This document shows, one piece after another, positions 59,914 through 64,000 of a stretch of DNA of 64,000 nucleotides. Source of the DNA: Minisyncoccota bacterium. Its GTDB lineage: Bacteria; Patescibacteriota; Microgenomatia; UBA1400; UBA12028. The stretch lies in assembly GCA_016211945.1 (NCBI GenBank), contig JACRHV010000006.1, positions 146,093 through 210,092 of the forward strand. Direction: 5' to 3'. The position numbers and the translations under genes are program-made. Each line of letters begins with the position of its first letter. The first letter of the stretch is position 1. The notes under the pieces were generated by a model. That model was not told the DNA's origin, searched no databases, and worked only from the letters and a program-made list of their open reading frames with translations.

Positions 59914-60609
59914 CTATTCTTCTTCTTTTTCTGTATCTTTTGCGCTGTAGTACGAAATATACGCGCGAATTTTGAATGCCGTATAAATCGCCATAGCAAG
60001 GGCGAAACCATAAAGATACGCATACAAATCTTCGATTTGACCTGTTTGTTTTCTATCTGCATAGTAGACACCTACTGTTAATTGAGCCAATTCGTCCAGG
60101 AGCCACATCGATGTATTTATGGCGCCAAGAAACGATACTGCTGTAAATTCAACACCTTCTATGGCAAAAGTAAGCCCAACTTCAAGCTTCTCAAGTAACA
60201 CGATTGTTTCTTTATTTTCTTGAGTCTTTTTCAATGCAATAAATTTTTCATGAATTCGTTCAATCATTACCCCCTTTAGAAGGTTCGTCATAGCAGCAAA
60301 GCCCAATGTTCCAGTGAAAACTACGGCAAAATCTGATCCACTATATACAAGGAGGTAAAATGACCGCTCGTGTTGGATGAGTGAATGAAAAAGTTCAGTT
60401 AATTGTGGAAAAAGAGATCCACCAATAACCATACGCGAAAGTTCTGCACTAATGGTTGCAGCAATACCAATACTGCTTGCTCCTAAAAATACAGCAGATT
60501 GAGCATAAAGTTTATCTTCAGTAGTTTTTGGTGACAGAAGACTATTAAGGAATGTGTTGATATCCTGTGTGTGTGTGACTACTATTTGTGGTTCAGTATT
60601 GGTTGTCAT
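59914..60609 (-). CDS. Hypothetical membrane protein, paralog of 35419-36030
   Basis: DELAQ...QTGQIEDLYAY..GF; starts 8 nt after tRNA-Ser(CGA). Confidence 0.65.
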   Translation of the reverse strand: MTTNTEPQIVVTHTQDINTFLNSLLSPKTTEDKLYAQSAVFLGASSIGIAATISAELSRMVIGGSLFPQLTELFHSLIQHERSFYLLVYSGSDFAVVFTGTLGFAAMTNLLKGVMIERIHEKFIALKKTQENKETIVLLEKLEVGLTFAIEGVEFTAVSFLGAINTSMWLLDELAQLTVGVYYADRKQTGQIEDLYAYLYGFALAMAIYTAFKIRAYISYYSAKDTEKEEE

Positions 60610-60617
60610 ATTTTCTG

Positions 60618-60704
60618 CGGAGAGGGTGGGATTTGAACCCACGGTATGCTTGCGCACACAGAGCTTTTCGAGAGCTCCGCACTAGACCACTATGCGACCT
60701 CTCC
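60618..60704 (-). tRNA. tRNA-Ser(CGA)
   Basis: Minus strand GGAGAGG...GAGCT-CTCGAAA-AGCTC, long variable arm, GGTTCAAATCC, CCTCTCC-G. Confidence 0.95.
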
Positions 60705-60815
60705 CTTTCTTATGCAAGGTGGTCTGCGAATGCATCACCTTGCGTGAGCGAAACAATCTCATGCAAGCAAAAATGATGTCTTTTTGCGAAGCATGATGAT
60801 TGATGAGCGAACCTG

Positions 60816-60887
60816 TGCCTCCATGTGGAATCGAACCACAACCCCAAGCTCCGCAAGCTCGTATTCTATCCATTGAACTATGGAGGC
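60816..60887 (-). tRNA. tRNA-Arg(GCG)
   Basis: Minus strand GCCTCCA...CGAGC-TTGCGGA-GCTTG...GGTTCGATTCC...TGGAGGC-A. Confidence 0.92.
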
Positions 60888-60921
60888 GTATCTGCTTTTC
60901 TATCCAGACGATTGTACCAGA

Positions 60922-61491
60922 CTATCCATTTTTTTCGAGGGGAAATTTTTCTTGTAGCCAAGCCGCAGCTTTCTCAACAGAGGTAGGGGGCGGGGTGTCG
61001 TGGATCAAGAAATTGACTAGTAAATTCTCCATATCGTCCTTCTTTACCTCGCCCAACAGCATGAGGAGGCGCGGGGGGAGGCCGTTGTGGTGCTCCACAT
61101 GGAGGAGGGACTGCTGAAGCGTTGTGTTGAACCAAAACCGGCCGAGTTCGTGCCACTGATAGAGTTTTCCGCCGGTGTGAATGCCGTAGGTGGTGATTTG
61201 ATGGTGGGCGGACTCCGGCGGAACTGCCGCGAGCGCGTAGCTCACAAACGCGAACGAGACCACCACCGCGATGGGAAGAAACTGGCCCGCAAAGAACAGA
61301 ATAATGCTTAAGAGAAACACGATGACCGCAATCGTGGTGTAGTACTCGCGGTCGCGTTTCTTGAAGGCCCGCTCCGGCGCGCTCCACTCCAACAGAAGCT
61401 CTTCTTTGGCCGGCTGCTGCGGTGGCACAAACTGCTGGTGATCGATGCCGGCATCTTGGGAAGCGCTGGCAGGCTCTTGGTGTTCTTCCAT
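60922..61491 (-). CDS. Two-TM membrane protein with PH-like C-terminal domain (CPR conserved hypothetical)
   Basis: LLEW.AP.R.FK.R, two TM, I...GI.....Y.W..L..FW; GC-rich. Confidence 0.75.
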   Translation of the reverse strand: MEEHQEPASASQDAGIDHQQFVPPQQPAKEELLLEWSAPERAFKKRDREYYTTIAVIVFLLSIILFFAGQFLPIAVVVSFAFVSYALAAVPPESAHHQITTYGIHTGGKLYQWHELGRFWFNTTLQQSLLHVEHHNGLPPRLLMLLGEVKKDDMENLLVNFLIHDTPPPTSVEKAAAWLQEKFPLEKNG

Positions 61492-61562
61492 GATGAAGAC
61501 ATCATAGCGAAGTGGGAGGGGGATGGCAAGGAAAAAGAGTGGGGTTTAAGATTTTTGAACAG

Positions 61563-61707
61563 TCACCTTAATTTTTTCTTTTCTGTGAGTGACACATAGT
61601 TCTGTGGCGTTGATACTTTTTTCCCACTCTTCATCTCCAAATCTTTCAGCAGTAAGAATCGCGTACTCGCGGTTTGTGCCCACATTGCGCTTTTTCCATT
61701 CATCCAT
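61563..61707 (-). pseudogene. Internally deleted remnant of a Bro-N/antirepressor-associated protein
   Basis: DEWKKRNV...EYAILTAE fused out of frame to KDLEMKSGKKVSTPQNY; from recall these blocks are normally tens of residues apart. Confidence 0.6.
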
Positions 61708-61846
61708 TAAATATGGTCTTTCTTACTTTTTTCCTTGGAAAATGGCAGTTTTAGTGGTGATGTTCGTTTATATATTCATAGACGTTCTGTTTTTATGTCC
61801 TTGTATTTTACCATCGTTTCGTCATGTGAGATACACATTTTCGCTT

Positions 61847-63703
61847 CTACACTTGATCCATCAGCGCTTGAATACTCTGCGCGTATTCTCCATGAACCTG
61901 AACAGTGTGTTTCATATTTTCTATCATCATGAAGAAATGTTCTGGATGGATACAAGAAAATTGATGCATATGTTCCTCCGCAGTATCCAGCGCCCTCATG
62001 ATCCGTTTGTGCATAACGTAAAACGTTGTTGTCCAGAATATTTCTGTATACACTTCCTGTGTTTGAGTGTGCGCATGAAGGAGAATATGTCGAACAACCT
62101 CCGTATATTTTTTTGCACGGAGATCCTCTTCCCAATCGTGCATATCGTCTTGCAGTTGTCTCGCTTTGAGGTAATGCCAAAAAAATGATCGAACATGCCG
62201 CTGTTCTTTTTCTGTCTGTGCAACATTGAAATATCGCAAAACGGCAAAGCATCCGAGTGAAGCACTGAATGATCGTTGCACCGATGTTTGAATGTCAATA
62301 GTCCGTGCGTTTTGTGCAATGATATGTGCGTTTTCACAGTGTTGTATCATATCCTCCATCATTCGTAAAAAGGAAGGATCACTTGAAAAATACTGCGCAT
62401 AAAAAGACTGCGATTGGCGAAGAAACCAAATAATGTCATGGAACGTATCAAGTCGTGTATTTTCTTGATCAATAAGGTCATCAAGTAATGTGTACGCAAT
62501 CCATCCAAAGAGTTGTGCACAACCAAACGCGGAGAGTACTGTAAGCGCATGCGAATCAATATCCGTTTGTACGGTTGAAACATACAGTGTTGTAGGAAGC
62601 ATACATATTTCTTGGATAGGGATACGTTTCCACATCATCGAGATATCGTTTTCTAGTCGGATTCGGAGGTGTTTGGGAACTGTTTTGAGTATGGAGTGTA
62701 TGCGAAGTTTAATCGTGGAAATGATAATAGTATGTTGTGTTTGAGCTTTTTCAAAAAGAGATTGGTATAAAGATAACGCCTCCAAACAAAAAAGATCTGT
62801 TAGTAACGGCGATCCTGCGTAGGTAGTTTGAGATGATCGTTTTGTATTGAGGCAGACAATTCCACGACATTCTCTCTGTGCTTGTGTGCATAAGATTCGT
62901 ACATACGGCAACAAAGATTCATAATCTTTCCCTAATCTCATGAGAATAGTAAGGGAAAGCGCAAGACGATGTTTATCTCCCGGTGTGCGAAGGCTGTGTT
63001 CTATTTCAACAATAACGGTTGTAACAGCTTGAAAAACGCGCGGCAATTTTTGTACGGTATTTGGTAGAAGAGCATACATGCGCGCAAAGAAATAGTATGC
63101 AGAAAGAGGTGGGTAAAATTCCGAGTGAGTTTTTTGTGTTATCGACTGTATAACATACTCTAAACATGACTCCAATGTTATGTTCCAATATGAAAGAAGG
63201 TACAAAACGTTACACTGCACGACAAAATCAACAGTATTCCAAACAGGATTGTTATTGCCCACAATCCATGTTTTGTATGGACCTCCAGGTTTTTCTTCTA
63301 GTGCAAAAAGAAGTTGAAGTAAGCGAGCAAGGAGGTTTGAAGGTTTTTGTATATGCGAATAAAGAAATAGTGCATGCCATGCACAAGCCGTATCATCAAT
63401 GTCATCAGGATATTCATGCGTAGGCGATGTACTATTCCACCAATTGTATGTCTCCGTTGTTTCATTTCTTTGTTGATAAAGCCAAGAAGATAAACGATCA
63501 CAAAGTGAAAAAAGACGACTATCATGTTGCATTGTACTGAGCGGACTAAGGATTTCTAATGCGATTGTTAATGGAAAAATGACGGGAAGATGACTGATTG
63601 GAATATTTTTTGAGGAAAGACTTTCACACTCGCAAAATTTTTCTATCGGTGTATTGAGAATCAAGTTGAGTAGAGCGCTGATTGTTTTTTTGACGTAGAA
63701 CAT
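61847..63703 (-). CDS. Fusion of class II terpene cyclase beta domain and class I isoprenoid synthase-like domain
   Basis: YPDDIDDTA (DxDD), D.VV..NVL, S.FY..P...YFF.R; C-terminal LLDDLID (DDxxD) and RQLQDDMHDWEEDL. Confidence 0.75.
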   Translation of the reverse strand: MFYVKKTISALLNLILNTPIEKFCECESLSSKNIPISHLPVIFPLTIALEILSPLSTMQHDSRLFSLCDRLSSWLYQQRNETTETYNWWNSTSPTHEYPDDIDDTACAWHALFLYSHIQKPSNLLARLLQLLFALEEKPGGPYKTWIVGNNNPVWNTVDFVVQCNVLYLLSYWNITLESCLEYVIQSITQKTHSEFYPPLSAYYFFARMYALLPNTVQKLPRVFQAVTTVIVEIEHSLRTPGDKHRLALSLTILMRLGKDYESLLPYVRILCTQAQRECRGIVCLNTKRSSQTTYAGSPLLTDLFCLEALSLYQSLFEKAQTQHTIIISTIKLRIHSILKTVPKHLRIRLENDISMMWKRIPIQEICMLPTTLYVSTVQTDIDSHALTVLSAFGCAQLFGWIAYTLLDDLIDQENTRLDTFHDIIWFLRQSQSFYAQYFSSDPSFLRMMEDMIQHCENAHIIAQNARTIDIQTSVQRSFSASLGCFAVLRYFNVAQTEKEQRHVRSFFWHYLKARQLQDDMHDWEEDLRAKKYTEVVRHILLHAHTQTQEVYTEIFWTTTFYVMHKRIMRALDTAEEHMHQFSCIHPEHFFMMIENMKHTVQVHGEYAQSIQALMDQV

Positions 63704-64000
63704 AATGTGTTTGAGGGATCGATAGAATAAATCGTGTCCCCTTTTGTGGTTTTGTTATAAAATGTATCGATCCATGGAATGATTGTTCGATACTTTCTTT
63801 TACCGTAGTAAGTCCAATCCCAGTTCCAATTGATGCCTTTTTTGTTGTGAAAAAAGGTTGAAAAATATTCTTTTTATTTTTAATAGAAATGCCATTAGCA
63901 AAGTCTTGTATTTCAATATGCAATTTTTTTGCAAAAATTTTTGCGAAAATACGGACAATCTTTTCCGCCATTGGTTTGTTTGGCACATCGTCATATGCTT
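63624..64000 (-). CDS. Sensor histidine kinase, C-terminal HATPase domain (5' end outside window)
   Basis: I.D...GI, IF.PFFTTK, GTGIGL, G.I, GT.F...IP; overlaps the start of the terpene synthase gene by 80 nt. Confidence 0.9.
   Translation of the reverse strand, partial: AYDDVPNKPMAEKIVRIFAKIFAKKLHIEIQDFANGISIKNKKNIFQPFFTTKKASIGTGIGLTTVKESIEQSFHGSIHFITKPQKGTRFILSIPQTHYVLRQKNNQRSTQLDSQYTDRKILRV

Noticed and set aside
61589-62337. Overlapping ORFs 61589-62188, 61776-62252 and 61996-62337
   Set aside because: Shadow frames of the terpene synthase gene with no motifs; the same applies to most antisense ORFs over ftsH, dnaK, pnp, ftsK and alaS
1-64000. CRISPR array or cas genes
   Set aside because: No regularly spaced 25-45 nt repeats with unique spacers and no Cas motifs seen
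1-64000. Alternative genetic code (UGA=Gly, as in Gracilibacteria/SR1)
   Set aside because: Conserved genes such as trpS, infB and nadE end properly at TGA, and core genes are uninterrupted in code 11

Overview
Chromosomal window from a small-genome bacterium. The gene set and architectures (split PolA 5'-exonuclease, short IF2, AlaS without C-Ala domain, FtsA-like/baseplate-J-like protein plus sortase, protease-less Lon) suggest Patescibacteria/CPR, probably Microgenomates (inference); genetic code 11. The backbone holds trpS, ftsH, the CIRCE-hrcA-grpE-dnaK-dnaJ operon, radC, nadD-nadE, kbl, nusA-infB, rpsO, pnp, rnj, ftsK, alaS, ruvX and six tRNAs: Ser(GGA), Ser(GCT), Ser(ACT), Ser(CGA), Arg(CCG), Arg(GCG). 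AT-rich accessory genes are interspersed. Most notable observations: (1) a class II terpene-cyclase plus class I isoprenoid-synthase fusion overlapping a histidine kinase gene, a candidate terpenoid signalling system; (2) an intact tRNA-Ser with the rare ACT anticodon, alongside tRNA-Arg(GCG); (3) a 5-kb island at that tRNA, bounded by TCCGCCA and carrying a Y1-HUH TnpA-like gene, an AEP primase-SF2 helicase and a Fic gene; (4) an Erm-type methylase behind a leaderless, overlapping ErmDL-like uORF, with a hairpin hiding its RBS and start; (5) pervasive leaderless promoters with a fixed 6-nt -10-to-ATG spacing and several structured 5' leaders. All calls come from reading motifs by eye; no searches were run.
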